Assembly: GCA_046542505.1 (NCBI GenBank)
Contig: JBKHBH010000002.1
Span: 1 to 62,696 of the forward strand
Reading direction: 5' to 3'
DNA from: Thermovirgaceae bacterium
Lineage (GTDB): Bacteria; Synergistota; Synergistia; Synergistales; Thermovirgaceae
DNA: 62,696 nucleotides
The first letter of the stretch is position 1. Every line of letters starts with the position of its first letter. Shown here piece after piece: positions 29,567 to 39,390 of the stretch. A program made the translations under genes and the position numbers. Under the pieces are notes generated by a model, which saw only the letters and a program-made list of their open reading frames with translations, had not been told where the DNA came from and searched no databases.

Positions 29567-31225
29567 TCATTTCCCGTTGGCAGCGACCAGCGATCTCGCA
29601 TGCACGAGGGCTTCCGGGGCCTCGTGGTCGCCCGCCAGCATTCTGGCAATCTCCACGACTCTCTTTTCGCCCGAGATTTCCTCAACGCTCGTTACGTCCC
29701 TCGTCCTTTCCACCTTGAGATGCTGATCGGCGAGGGCGGCGATAGAAGCTTCGTGGGTTACCAGGATCACCTGGCAATAGTCCGATAGCTCACGCAGCTT
29801 GTATCCCGAAAGCATGGCAGCCTTACCACCGAGTCCCGCTTCAACCTCATCGAAAACAAGAACCGGAGGCAGAAGTTCCCGCGGTGATGCGCATTGCAAT
29901 GCCAGAAGTATCCTGCTCAGCTCTCCTCCTGAAGCGACTTTGGCCACCGAGTCTTTCATACTCCCTCCATCGGAAAGAAAAAAATCCACGTCATCGGCAC
30001 CATGAGGCCTGACTTTTTCCGCCGGGCGCAGGTCAACTCCAAAGCTGAAGGTCTCCATTCCCAGGTCGGCGAGCACGGCATTTACCGCCTTTTCAAGACA
30101 TCCTGCGGCATCCTTGCGCGCTTTCCTGAGCTCGAGGGCAAGGTGCGAGACCTCTTTCCTCAGGGCTGAGCATTCTTCCTGCAGGGACAAAAGCGTTTCC
30201 CTGCTGTTTCTCAGCCATTCCAGCTCTTTCGTCGCCTGCCTTTCGTATTCCACAAGATCTGAGACCCTTTGCGAACGTGTGCTACGTTTGAGTTTTCTGA
30301 GAACCCCGAGACGCCGTTCCAGGGATGCGAAGAATTCCTGGAGTTTTTCGGGATCTTCGTTTTCGAGGTGTCTCTCGCAAACCTCCTCGATGGATCGCAA
30401 CCCTCCCAGGAGAGCTTCCGTCAATTCCCCGAAATCTTCCTTTTCCTCCAGGTCCACTAGGTTTCTCAGTTCGTATATGATCATTTCAAGCCTGCTTCTG
30501 AGACCTTCGCCAGCGTACCCACCTGTCAATTCATCATAAATGGACCGGATTTTTTCCGACCTTGAAATTTTTCGTTGAGTCTCACTCAGGGATTCTTCCC
30601 AGCGTTCTTCGCTGTCTTCGTCTATATGGAGAGAACGGATTCTCGACAATAGTTCCTCGGCGCCCTCATAGCGTTCCTCGATTTCCTTTCTTCTTTTCAC
30701 AAGCGCCGTCCATTCCCTTTCCTTTTTTATTGCCGCCGAAACCATCTCCTGAAGTTTCTCCCTGAGCGAAATCACCGTTCCTCCGCCCCGGGCATCGAGA
30801 AGGTTCAGCTGCCGCTTGGTGTCAAGCAGGTCCAGCTGGGCGAACTGGCTTTGTATGCCTATATATGGGTTCATCATGTTCTGGAGAGAGTTCAGCGAAA
30901 CCGGCCTGTCCTGGACATAGCTTTTCGTTCGGCCGGTTCTTGAAAGAATGCGCCGTACCACCAGAACACCTTCCTGGATCCGGAGTCCTTCCGGCAAACC
31001 CTCCAGCGCGTCTTTTGGCGCAAGAACGGCATGGACCTCGGCTTCATCATTGCCGGCCCGGATCAGCGAAATCTGGGCACGCTTCCCGCTCGCAAGCTCC
31101 AGTGCCCGGATAAGGCTGCTTTTCCCCGCCCCGCTCTCCCCGGTAATGGCAATAAATGACCCGTGCAGGCAAAGATCCGCCTGCTGTATGCCGCCGATGT
31201 TCTTTACGTGCAGCTCTTCGAGCAT
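29567..31225 (-). CDS. recN: DNA repair protein RecN
   Basis: TGESGAGKS Walker A, coiled coil, ASGGELSR, FDEVEAG, VTH, EIARMLAG. Confidence 0.95.
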   Translation of the reverse strand: MLEELHVKNIGGIQQADLCLHGSFIAITGESGAGKSSLIRALELASGKRAQISLIRAGNDEAEVHAVLAPKDALEGLPEGLRIQEGVLVVRRILSRTGRTKSYVQDRPVSLNSLQNMMNPYIGIQSQFAQLDLLDTKRQLNLLDARGGGTVISLREKLQEMVSAAIKKEREWTALVKRRKEIEERYEGAEELLSRIRSLHIDEDSEERWEESLSETQRKISRSEKIRSIYDELTGGYAGEGLRSRLEMIIYELRNLVDLEEKEDFGELTEALLGGLRSIEEVCERHLENEDPEKLQEFFASLERRLGVLRKLKRSTRSQRVSDLVEYERQATKELEWLRNSRETLLSLQEECSALRKEVSHLALELRKARKDAAGCLEKAVNAVLADLGMETFSFGVDLRPAEKVRPHGADDVDFFLSDGGSMKDSVAKVASGGELSRILLALQCASPRELLPPVLVFDEVEAGLGGKAAMLSGYKLRELSDYCQVILVTHEASIAALADQHLKVERTRDVTSVEEISGEKRVVEIARMLAGDHEAPEALVHARSLVAANGK

Positions 31226-31231
31226 CTTTAG

Positions 31232-32119
31232 TCACTCACTCCCGAAATCATCCTCGTATTGATGACCCCAACGGAATTTCTCCCGCAAGAGCGAGTAATA
31301 ATCCTTTTCCGGCATGGTTATGACGCTGATTTGTCGCTCCCTGTCCAAGGAAACGCTGACGCTGTCACCCGGAAGGATTTCATAACCGAGCTGCCCATCC
31401 TGGGTCAACATGATCTCCCTGTGCTGCCCCTCTGGTGTTATGGTAACCACATCCCCGTCACTGAAAACCATGGGGCGTGAATACAAGGTATGGGCACAAA
31501 TAGGCACCACCAGGACACAGTGGACATGGGGAGGGACAATCGGCCCCCCCGCTGAAAGGGCGTATGCCGTAGAGCCCGTCGGCGTTGCAAGGATGATGCC
31601 ATCAGCCCTCATGATGCTGAGCTGCCTGTTTCCCACAGATATCGCCAGGGAAATCAGGCGCGCAAAAGGACCCTTTGTGATGACAAGGTCATTGAGGGCG
31701 TAAACTTCGTGTTTTTTCGTGTCGCCCCTGTAGACGACACCATGGAGCATTGACCGTTTTTCAAGTAAGTAATCACCTTCCGAAATTCTTTGAAGGTTTT
31801 CAAAAGCTTCTCTCGGGTCACCGCAGGAAAGGAATCCGAGGTGCCCTACGTTGATCCCGAACAGGGGGATATCATGTCCCAAAACATACCGGGTCGCCCT
31901 CAGAAAGGTTCCGTCTCCTCCAAGAATGAGGGCAACATCAACTGCGTCCTTCCATTCGGCGTCCTGTGTTTCCGGTTCGCCGAGGACATGTGCTTCGTGC
32001 GGGGGAAACAGGAAGGGAATATTGTTCTTCCTGCCCCAATTCACAAGCTTCCCGGCCAGGTTCAGTGCTTCATGTTTCTGGGTGTTCACAAGCATTCCTA
32101 TCTTCGCTGGTTTCTTCAC
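31232..32119 (-). CDS. nadK: NAD(+) kinase
   Basis: LGGDGT, GHLGFL, ALND, DG...ATPTGSTAYALSAGGP. Confidence 0.96.
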   Translation of the reverse strand: MKKPAKIGMLVNTQKHEALNLAGKLVNWGRKNNIPFLFPPHEAHVLGEPETQDAEWKDAVDVALILGGDGTFLRATRYVLGHDIPLFGINVGHLGFLSCGDPREAFENLQRISEGDYLLEKRSMLHGVVYRGDTKKHEVYALNDLVITKGPFARLISLAISVGNRQLSIMRADGIILATPTGSTAYALSAGGPIVPPHVHCVLVVPICAHTLYSRPMVFSDGDVVTITPEGQHREIMLTQDGQLGYEILPGDSVSVSLDRERQISVITMPEKDYYSLLREKFRWGHQYEDDFGSE

Positions 32120-32994
32120 CTTTCCCGCCCTCCTTTCATCATGTCCTGGCCGCCCTCGAAAAAACCGGCAGAATGCGCTGTTTCGACCTTCTGCACGATT
32201 ATTCTCTCCAGTTCGCCTGCATCAAGGCAACCGCATTGGGGCTTCGAACCCCTTTCCGCCTTGACAAGATACAGAAAAAATTCCCTGTTTCCTTCAGGAC
32301 CCAAAAGTGGCGACACGTCCAGGCCGGCAACAACCAGTTCCGTAACATCCCTGACAAAGGTGCATAAACTACGAAGCACCTTTTCATGAACCTCCCTGTC
32401 CCTGACGACGCCCTTTTTACCCACCTTCGCCCTGCCGGCCTCGAATTGAGGTTTGATCAGCGCTATACACACGCCTCCCTTTTCGAGAAGGGTATCAGCG
32501 ACGGGAAGAATATGCCGCAGGGAGATGAATGAGACATCGATCGTCACGAGACTTGTCCGGTCAAAAGATTCGGGTGGCAAATCCCTTGCGTTCGTCCGCT
32601 CCATGACAACAACTCTCGGGTCATTGCGGAGCTTCCATGCCAGTTGCCCGTATCCGACATCGACAGCATACACTTTTTTTGCCCCTTTTTGGAGCAGTAC
32701 ATCGGTAAATCCTCCAGTTGAGGCACCGATATCTACGCAACACCTTCCTTGGACAGAAACGGCGAAAGACTCGAGAGCCCGCAGAAGTTTCCGGGCTCCA
32801 CGGCTGACCCACTCTTGTCTCTTGCCGGTCATCTCGATCGAGCAGTCCTCCTGAACCATGGAAGCGGGCTTTTTCACGGGGAAACCGTCAACCAGGACTT
32901 CTCCCGAAAGTATCATCTCCCGCGCCATGGACCTGCCCGAGACAACCCCCCGTTTAACCAGAAGCTTGTCCAGGCGTTCCCTCTTTGGCGGCAC
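32116..32994 (-). CDS. tlyA: TlyA family rRNA 2'-O-methyltransferase
   Basis: S4 domain RLD, VSRG..KL, DIGASTGGFT, DVSFIS, KPQFE, GN.E. Confidence 0.95.
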   Translation of the reverse strand: MPPKRERLDKLLVKRGVVSGRSMAREMILSGEVLVDGFPVKKPASMVQEDCSIEMTGKRQEWVSRGARKLLRALESFAVSVQGRCCVDIGASTGGFTDVLLQKGAKKVYAVDVGYGQLAWKLRNDPRVVVMERTNARDLPPESFDRTSLVTIDVSFISLRHILPVADTLLEKGGVCIALIKPQFEAGRAKVGKKGVVRDREVHEKVLRSLCTFVRDVTELVVAGLDVSPLLGPEGNREFFLYLVKAERGSKPQCGCLDAGELERIIVQKVETAHSAGFFEGGQDMMKGGRER

Positions 32995-34849
32995 GGTACA
33001 GGTTCACCACACTCTCAGCGGTCAGGCCGCAGTACTCCCATTGCCTCTCTCTTGCACCGTGTGGCACGAAGGTGTCACGAATCGCTATGGTTTGCACCGG
33101 ACAGAATGATTTTCCCGATCCCGAAAAAGATGCAATCTGCTCTCCCACACCGGCTCTCTGGCTTCCTTCTTCAAGGACAACCGAAAAAGAGTGGGATTTC
33201 AAAATCCCGGTGATCCTTTCCATATCGAGGGGTTTGAGAAAGCGGAGGTCGACAATCGTCGGTTCGGGCACACCAGCCTTTGCCGCAGCCTCAGCAGCCG
33301 ATAGGGCCAGCGGTATCGTTGCACCATAGGCGAAAAGCGCCCATTCACATCCTTCCTGTAGCGTTGCCGCTTTTTTCCACCCGGGTGTTCCAGCCGGCAA
33401 TTGTCCCGCCCGTTCAGCCGCCCTGCCTTTCGGGTAGCGGATCAGACAGGGACCTCCGCTGCGCAGCCCTTCAGCATACATCCACTCCATTTCGACAACA
33501 TCCCTTGGAGCCATTATGGTCAACCCCGGGATGGCGGAACTCCAGGAAACATCGAAAAGTCCATGATGCGTCGGCCCATCCTCGCCAACCAGCCCCGCCC
33601 GGTCAACGGCAAAGATAATGGGAAGTTTCTGCAGGGCAACATCGAGAACCAGCTGATCCATGGCCCTCTGCAGGAAGGTCGAATAGATCGATACAACGGG
33701 TCTGAGCCCTCCAAGGGCCATTCCTGCAGCAAAACTCAAAAGGTGCTCTTCGGCAATTCCCACATCGAAAAAACGCTCAGGAAAGGTCCTGCTGAACGAC
33801 TCGAGTTTCGAACCGGCTTTCATGGCCGCCGTCAGGCAAACAACCCTTTCGTCCCGACGAGCCATTTCCTCGATCATGTCTGCCGAAAAGGCACTCCAGC
33901 TGCGGTCTGCCCACCTGACATCATTGGTTTCGAGACAGGTTTCCTTTCCCTTCGGGGAAAGGCCGTGGTATGTTTCGGGATCATGTTCCGCCTCAGTCAA
34001 ACCCTTGCCCTTTTGTGTCACCACATGAAGAAGAAGCGGTTTGTCGTACATTCCGGCCAGGCGGAAAATGTCTTCCATTTCCTGCAGGTCATGACCGTCA
34101 AAAGGACCCCAGTAGCTGATGCCAAGCTCCTCGAACATGTTTTCCGGCTGCAGCAGATGCTTCAGTGACTGTTTGAGACGAGACAGCGTCTTTTCGATAC
34201 TGTCACCTTTTGGCAGGTTTTTGCAATTCTGCTTGATGACGGCTTTCACTTTCTTATAGGCGGGATGAACGCTCATGCGGGCGATATGGTCGGCAAGTCC
34301 GCCAATATTGGGACTGATGGACATCCGGTTTTCGTTCAGAATGATGATGATTTTTGACCCTGTCTCTTTTACGTTGTTCAGTGCTTCCAGCGCAACACCG
34401 TTTATTAGGGACCCGTCACCGATGACGGCCACTACATGATGTGTTTGCCCCTGCAGGTCCCTGGCCTTCGCGTATCCCAAAGCAGCCGACAGGGAAACGC
34501 TGCTGTGCCCTCCACAGTAATGGTCGAAATGACTTTCAAGAGGTGTCGGAAAACCGCTGATTCCTCCCCACTGTCTCAGGGTGTGGAACTTTCTTTTTCT
34601 CCCAGTGAGTATCTTGTAGGCATAAGCCTGATGCCCGACATCGAAAATAATCCTGTCTTCTGCTGGTTCGAACACCCTCAAAAGGGCGACGATCAATTCG
34701 ACGGCACCAAGGGAAGACCCCATGTGCCCGCCGTTTTGGCTGACGGTATCAATGATTTCCTTGCGAAGGTCTTTGCACAGAAGAACCAGTTCCTCGTTGC
34801 CCAGATCTTTCAAACCCTTGTAATCATCGATTCCTTCAAGAATCGGCAT
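32954..34849 (-). CDS. dxs: 1-deoxy-D-xylulose-5-phosphate synthase
   Basis: GGH..SSLG, FDVGHQAY, GDGS, GPFDGH, DVGIAE, YSTFLQR, DRAG.VG.DGPTH; start ATG 34849 after GGAGG. Confidence 0.97.
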   Translation of the reverse strand: MPILEGIDDYKGLKDLGNEELVLLCKDLRKEIIDTVSQNGGHMGSSLGAVELIVALLRVFEPAEDRIIFDVGHQAYAYKILTGRKRKFHTLRQWGGISGFPTPLESHFDHYCGGHSSVSLSAALGYAKARDLQGQTHHVVAVIGDGSLINGVALEALNNVKETGSKIIIILNENRMSISPNIGGLADHIARMSVHPAYKKVKAVIKQNCKNLPKGDSIEKTLSRLKQSLKHLLQPENMFEELGISYWGPFDGHDLQEMEDIFRLAGMYDKPLLLHVVTQKGKGLTEAEHDPETYHGLSPKGKETCLETNDVRWADRSWSAFSADMIEEMARRDERVVCLTAAMKAGSKLESFSRTFPERFFDVGIAEEHLLSFAAGMALGGLRPVVSIYSTFLQRAMDQLVLDVALQKLPIIFAVDRAGLVGEDGPTHHGLFDVSWSSAIPGLTIMAPRDVVEMEWMYAEGLRSGGPCLIRYPKGRAAERAGQLPAGTPGWKKAATLQEGCEWALFAYGATIPLALSAAEAAAKAGVPEPTIVDLRFLKPLDMERITGILKSHSFSVVLEEGSQRAGVGEQIASFSGSGKSFCPVQTIAIRDTFVPHGARERQWEYCGLTAESVVNLYRAAKEGTPGQASG

Positions 34850-34865
34850 AAAGGTTCCTCCCGTA

Positions 34866-35771
34866 TCAGGCACTCCTAGCCCCCAGGTAATCCACAATTC
34901 CCTCGAGGGTCGTTGTATCACGCCCTATCCCCGAAAGAGCCACCTTGGACCTCCTAGACTGGTCGGCAGCCATTTCCCGTGCGGTTTCAAGGCCCCAACG
35001 GTGCACGAAGGAATTTTTCTCTTGCAGGGCGTCTTTGCCGGGCGTCTTGCCAAGCTGTTCCGCTTTTCCCGAAATATCGAGTATATCGTCCACAATCTGG
35101 AAGGCAACCCCGAGATGTGACCCGTAGGATGAAAGACACTTCAGTTCTTTTCGCAAAGCGCCTCCAAGACATGCCGGAGCCATAACGCAGGCACGGAGGA
35201 GGACCGCCGTTTTCCAGTAGGCGATCCTCCATGGCGAGACCTTCGCGCGCTCCGATTCTTCCGTATCAAGAGTCTGACCGCCGCATATCCCTGCAGGCCC
35301 TGCGGCTTCAAGAATCATCCGCAGTGCCGCCAGTATCGGCCCAGACGGAACGCGACCGTTCGCTTCTAGTGTTCTCGCCGCATGTCCGGGTCCCATCAAA
35401 AAAAGAGCGTCTCCGGCCAGAAGAGCCATTCCCTCTCCGAAAACCATATGATTCGTCGGCTTTCCCCTCCGCAGGACGTCATCATCCATGCAGGGCAAAT
35501 CGTCGTGAATCAGTGAAGCCGTATGGATCATTTCCAGTGCCACCGCAAGAGTCATGCTGTCCTCTTCATGGACACCGAAAACGCGTCCGCTTTCCAGTGC
35601 CAGAAAGGGTCTGATTCGTTTGCCCCCGGCAAGAAGAGAATATGTCATGGCATGCCAGAGAAGTGACGGAACTGCCGGAGGTTTTTGCGATGTGAAGCGC
35701 TCGAGGGCATGCTCCACCTTTTCTCCCGTCATCCGGAGCTTATTCCCGAAATCTTCTTGCTCACCCTTCAT
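34866..35771 (-). CDS. ispA: Polyprenyl (farnesyl/geranyl) diphosphate synthase
   Basis: GGKRIRP, SLIHDDLPCMDDD..RRG, FQIVDDILD, GKT.GKD. Confidence 0.93.
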   Translation of the reverse strand: MKGEQEDFGNKLRMTGEKVEHALERFTSQKPPAVPSLLWHAMTYSLLAGGKRIRPFLALESGRVFGVHEEDSMTLAVALEMIHTASLIHDDLPCMDDDVLRRGKPTNHMVFGEGMALLAGDALFLMGPGHAARTLEANGRVPSGPILAALRMILEAAGPAGICGGQTLDTEESERAKVSPWRIAYWKTAVLLRACVMAPACLGGALRKELKCLSSYGSHLGVAFQIVDDILDISGKAEQLGKTPGKDALQEKNSFVHRWGLETAREMAADQSRRSKVALSGIGRDTTTLEGIVDYLGARSA

Positions 35772-36000
35772 TGGCTGGTCCACCTTCTTGACGCGGATCC
35801 CACGCGCTCCCGACAACGTCGTCGGCATCCTCCGAAAGCAACTGGATTTTCTGTTCCGTCTCGTTCAAAAACCGCCGACATCTCTTGACCAGGCCTATTC
35901 CTTCCTCAAAGAGCGAAAGCGATTCCTCAAGGGGCATCGCCTCGGAATCAAGGTTTTCGACGATTTCCTGAAGCCGCTTCATGTCTTCCGTAAAGGTCAT
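35761..36000 (-). CDS. xseB: Exodeoxyribonuclease VII small subunit
   Basis: F...M.RL.EIV..L....PLEES...FEEG..L...C...L...EQK. Confidence 0.92.
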   Translation of the reverse strand: MTFTEDMKRLQEIVENLDSEAMPLEESLSLFEEGIGLVKRCRRFLNETEQKIQLLSEDADDVVGSAWDPRQEGGPANEG

Positions 36001-36049
36001 GCCGATTCCCCCGATCTCACTATTTTCAAAAAACCCGTGAAGGGCCTTC

Positions 36050-36079
36050 TTGCAGTTTTGATGAGTGGCATGATACAAT
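36050..36079 (+). promoter_or_regulatory. Putative promoter of rpmB
   Basis: TTGCAG-18 nt-TACAAT with extended TG. Confidence 0.55.
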
Positions 36080-36125
36080 TCACTCCGTTTTGATTTGCAA
36101 GGAACGCAACGAGGAGGAATGTTTC

Positions 36126-36317
36126 ATGTCCAAAATTTGTGAATGCTGCGGTCGCGGCCCGGCGACTGGCAATACCGTCAGTCACTCGAACAGGCACTCC
36201 AAAAGACGCTGGTTGATCAACCTTCAAACCGTGAAAGTAGATCTTGGCGGCGAAACGCGACGGATGAAGATTTGCACCCGCTGCCTCCGCTCGGGCAAAG
36301 TCAAGAGGGCTGTCTAG
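36126..36317 (+). CDS. rpmB: 50S ribosomal protein L28 (Zn-binding, CxxC...CxxC form)
   Basis: MSKICECCG...GN.VSHSN...KRRW..NLQ...CTRCLRS; GAGGAGG RBS. Confidence 0.97.
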   Translation: MSKICECCGRGPATGNTVSHSNRHSKRRWLINLQTVKVDLGGETRRMKICTRCLRSGKVKRAV

Positions 36318-37069
36318 GACAGTCCTCTATTCTTTTTTTCCGACCAGAAGTCCAGGTACACCCCAAGCAGCCCCTCATCAAGAGAAACCTCTACCGTTAT
36401 CTCTTTTCTTTCTTCGTTTCGGAGGACCTTGTTGCTGACCGCATAGGGTTTATCAAGCAGGAGCTTTCCACAATGGAGCTCCCATCTCACCCCGGTGACG
36501 CATACACCACGGCATCGAGGTGACAGGGACAGAAGCGAAAGGTTGAAGGGAAGTTCAAAAAATCTTAGCATACTCCTCCCTCGCCCTCGCAGCAAAAGAA
36601 GGACCTCCTTTTCGTCTGCCATTCCCCAGGGGGAAAGGCCCCACCTGCAGGACCAGACCAGCGAATAGACAGCACTCAGCAGGTGATCGAAACGTCCTCC
36701 CCAGCCCCCGGTCACGAGGACCCTGCCATCAGGAAAACGCCTTGCCGCTTCCGAAAGCGCCAGCTGCAAATCGGTACGGTCCTTTTCCGCCGGGAATTCC
36801 AGCACCTTGACACCCGCGTCAACAACCCATTGCAGGACCATCCTATCGGCACTGTCCTTGTCCCCGACGAAAAGGTCGGGAATCAGTCCGGCATCTCTGC
36901 AATTTCCGGCTCCCTTGTCGACCGCCCAGACGGCACAGCAGGAATCTGCAGTCCCGCGAAGCCACATTTCATTGGATTGCCTGCCGCCGGCAACCAAAAG
37001 CAGAGGTTTCTGCGAGGCTTTGCCTTCCCTGCAGACCTCGACCTGAGGTAATCGCAGCTTTTCCGACAT
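36314..37069 (-). CDS. thiN: Thiamine diphosphokinase
   Basis: AVDKG, GD.DS, EKD.TD, GG.GGRFDH, AVSN; TGATG overlap with ftsK. Confidence 0.9.
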   Translation of the reverse strand: MSEKLRLPQVEVCREGKASQKPLLLVAGGRQSNEMWLRGTADSCCAVWAVDKGAGNCRDAGLIPDLFVGDKDSADRMVLQWVVDAGVKVLEFPAEKDRTDLQLALSEAARRFPDGRVLVTGGWGGRFDHLLSAVYSLVWSCRWGLSPWGMADEKEVLLLLRGRGRSMLRFFELPFNLSLLSLSPRCRGVCVTGVRWELHCGKLLLDKPYAVSNKVLRNEERKEITVEVSLDEGLLGVYLDFWSEKKNRGLS

Positions 37070-39390
37070 CACATTCCGCCTCGCAGATGCTCTTCCAGTA
37101 TCTGCTGAGCCTCGTCCTCATCGACGAGAATCTCCCTCGGTCGCGCTCCGTCCTGGGCTCCCACAATACCCATTTGCTCGATGGTATCCACCAGCCGTGC
37201 CGCCCTCGTGAAGCCTATCCTGAGCTGCCTTTGAAGCCGGCTCGCAGAAGCAATGCCCGATTGCAGGATAATATTCACGGCCTCTTCGACAAGAGGGTCA
37301 TCAAGGAAGGGAGTATCCTGTCCACCCCGTGACTCCAGCTGTTCATCCAGGTCTATGTGCTCGGGTTCTCCGAAAAGAACGACAAGGTAATCAATAAACC
37401 GGTTAATTGCAGCCTCTTCCAACATCGGTCCCTGCAGGCGCATGGGCTTGGAAAGCCGTGGTGTCGAAAACAGCATGTCTCCACTTCCCAGCAGCTTTTC
37501 CGCCCCTCCAATGTCCAGCACCGTCCGTGAATCCGTTTGGGAAGGAAGCGTAAAGGCTACCCGGGCGGGGACATTTGCCTTGATGAGCCCCGTCACAACG
37601 TTGACGGAAGGCCTCTGCGTCGCGATGATGAGGTGTATCCCCGTGGCCCTTGCCATCTGGGCGAGGCGGCAGATATAATCCTCCACCTCTTTCGGCGAAG
37701 TGAACATCAGATCCGCGAGCTCGTCGATAATGATAACGATGGAGGGAAGCCTGTCTTTCGGGAGAGCTTTTGCGTTGTACCCCTTGAGGTTCCTCACCCT
37801 TGCCTGGGCGAAAAGTTCATAACGCTTCTCCATCTCCCTTATGGCCCATCCAAGTGCGTGGACGGCTTTTTTGGCGTCCACCACGGGTGGCATCAGGGTG
37901 TGGGGTAGCCGTTCGTAGATTTTCATTTCCACACGCTTCGGATCGATGAGAAGGAGCTTCATTTCCTCCGGTCTTCTCGAATAGCACAAGGAGGCGATAC
38001 AACACGAAATAAAGACGCTTTTCCCTGAACCGGTCGTTCCAGCGACGAGCAGATGCGGCAGCTTCTCCAGCCCTATGGTCAAATGACGTCCGTCGACTGC
38101 CACGCCGATTCCAAGGGGCAGGTCATTCGCTCCCTCTGAAAAAGCGGGATGCTCCAGAATGGATCGCAGGTTCACCGCTTTCCGCGAGGGATTCGGTACT
38201 TCGATTCCGACATAGGGCTTCCCCGGAATGGGCGCTTCCACCCGAAGACTCGGAACGGCAAGGGCTACAGCCATGTCATTGGCAAGCCCGGACACCCGGC
38301 TTACCTTTATTCCCGGGGCCAGTTGCAGCCGGTATTGCATGACCGTAGGTCCCACAATGGTCTCTGCGAGCTCGGCTTCTATGTTGAACTCCTTTAACGT
38401 TGAAATGACGTGACGACCGTTTTCTGCGATTTCTTCTTCATCGATATCTTCGGAATAGGCCCCCGCTTCTCCGAAAAGTTCAAGGGGCGGGGGAAAATGT
38501 CCCGCCTCTACATCCAAATCGCCAAAAAGGCCTGTGGAATCCGGCACGTCGACATATTCGCCATAGTCGTCGGCATCATCATCTTCGGGAGAGGCTTCGA
38601 GCTGCTGGACTTTTTCACCTTTGTGCCGCCTGATGAGAACCAGCCCTTCCTCCTTGCCGCCTCCAGAGCCGGGAATCCTGCGAGCCTCACGCTTTGTCCC
38701 CGTCGTCTCATCCGTTCGCAAGGGAACCTCCTTTTCACCCCGTGCCCCGGTTTTTCTGGACTCTCGCCTTGAAAAAAACTTTTTCAACAAGCCTGCAGGC
38801 AAAAAGATCAAGTCGCGAAGTTCTCCCTTCGACACAATTCCGTAAAGCCATACCGTGGCAAACAGGAGCGCAAAACCCGTAATAACCGCCCCCGTGATTC
38901 CGACGTAACGAAAAAGGCTTGTCGCTACAAGACGTCCGATTATGCCGGGGTTCATCCAAAAGATGCCTCCGGCGTCAGGAATTTGTTCCCGCATGCCCAG
39001 AACAAGTGCCGCACACAGGTAAAGACATGTCGTTCCGGCAGTTTCTCTCAGTACAGGGCGTCCGCTGTTTTTTTCAAACAGGGCAAGAGGAAGCGCATAG
39101 AGACCGTAGACAAGAAAAATGAGGACACCTCCGCCAAAGATCCCGATCAGGAGGGAACGGTTGATCCAGGCTCCAAGTTCTCCCGTCTGGAACCTGAAAA
39201 AGGAGGCCAGAAGAAAGAGGTCCGCCAGCAGCATTGCAATAAGAAAAGCCCCGACCGCTGCCCTGCCGCCCGAAAAAACGGCGGGAAAAATGGAATTCTC
39301 CCCGTTCGGTTTCCTCACGGCAGTTTTTCTGCTGTTTTGTTTTTTGTCTTTCTTTTTGTCTTCCTTACGAAAAATTCTGAGGATGTTCAT
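37069..39390 (-). CDS. ftsK: DNA translocase FtsK/SpoIIIE
   Basis: N-terminal TM domain, PHLLVAGTTGSGKS, IDELADLM, ATQRPS, gamma domain SASRLQRQLRIGFTRAARL. Confidence 0.97.
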   Translation of the reverse strand: MNILRIFRKEDKKKDKKQNSRKTAVRKPNGENSIFPAVFSGGRAAVGAFLIAMLLADLFLLASFFRFQTGELGAWINRSLLIGIFGGGVLIFLVYGLYALPLALFEKNSGRPVLRETAGTTCLYLCAALVLGMREQIPDAGGIFWMNPGIIGRLVATSLFRYVGITGAVITGFALLFATVWLYGIVSKGELRDLIFLPAGLLKKFFSRRESRKTGARGEKEVPLRTDETTGTKREARRIPGSGGGKEEGLVLIRRHKGEKVQQLEASPEDDDADDYGEYVDVPDSTGLFGDLDVEAGHFPPPLELFGEAGAYSEDIDEEEIAENGRHVISTLKEFNIEAELAETIVGPTVMQYRLQLAPGIKVSRVSGLANDMAVALAVPSLRVEAPIPGKPYVGIEVPNPSRKAVNLRSILEHPAFSEGANDLPLGIGVAVDGRHLTIGLEKLPHLLVAGTTGSGKSVFISCCIASLCYSRRPEEMKLLLIDPKRVEMKIYERLPHTLMPPVVDAKKAVHALGWAIREMEKRYELFAQARVRNLKGYNAKALPKDRLPSIVIIIDELADLMFTSPKEVEDYICRLAQMARATGIHLIIATQRPSVNVVTGLIKANVPARVAFTLPSQTDSRTVLDIGGAEKLLGSGDMLFSTPRLSKPMRLQGPMLEEAAINRFIDYLVVLFGEPEHIDLDEQLESRGGQDTPFLDDPLVEEAVNIILQSGIASASRLQRQLRIGFTRAARLVDTIEQMGIVGAQDGARPREILVDEDEAQQILEEHLRGGM

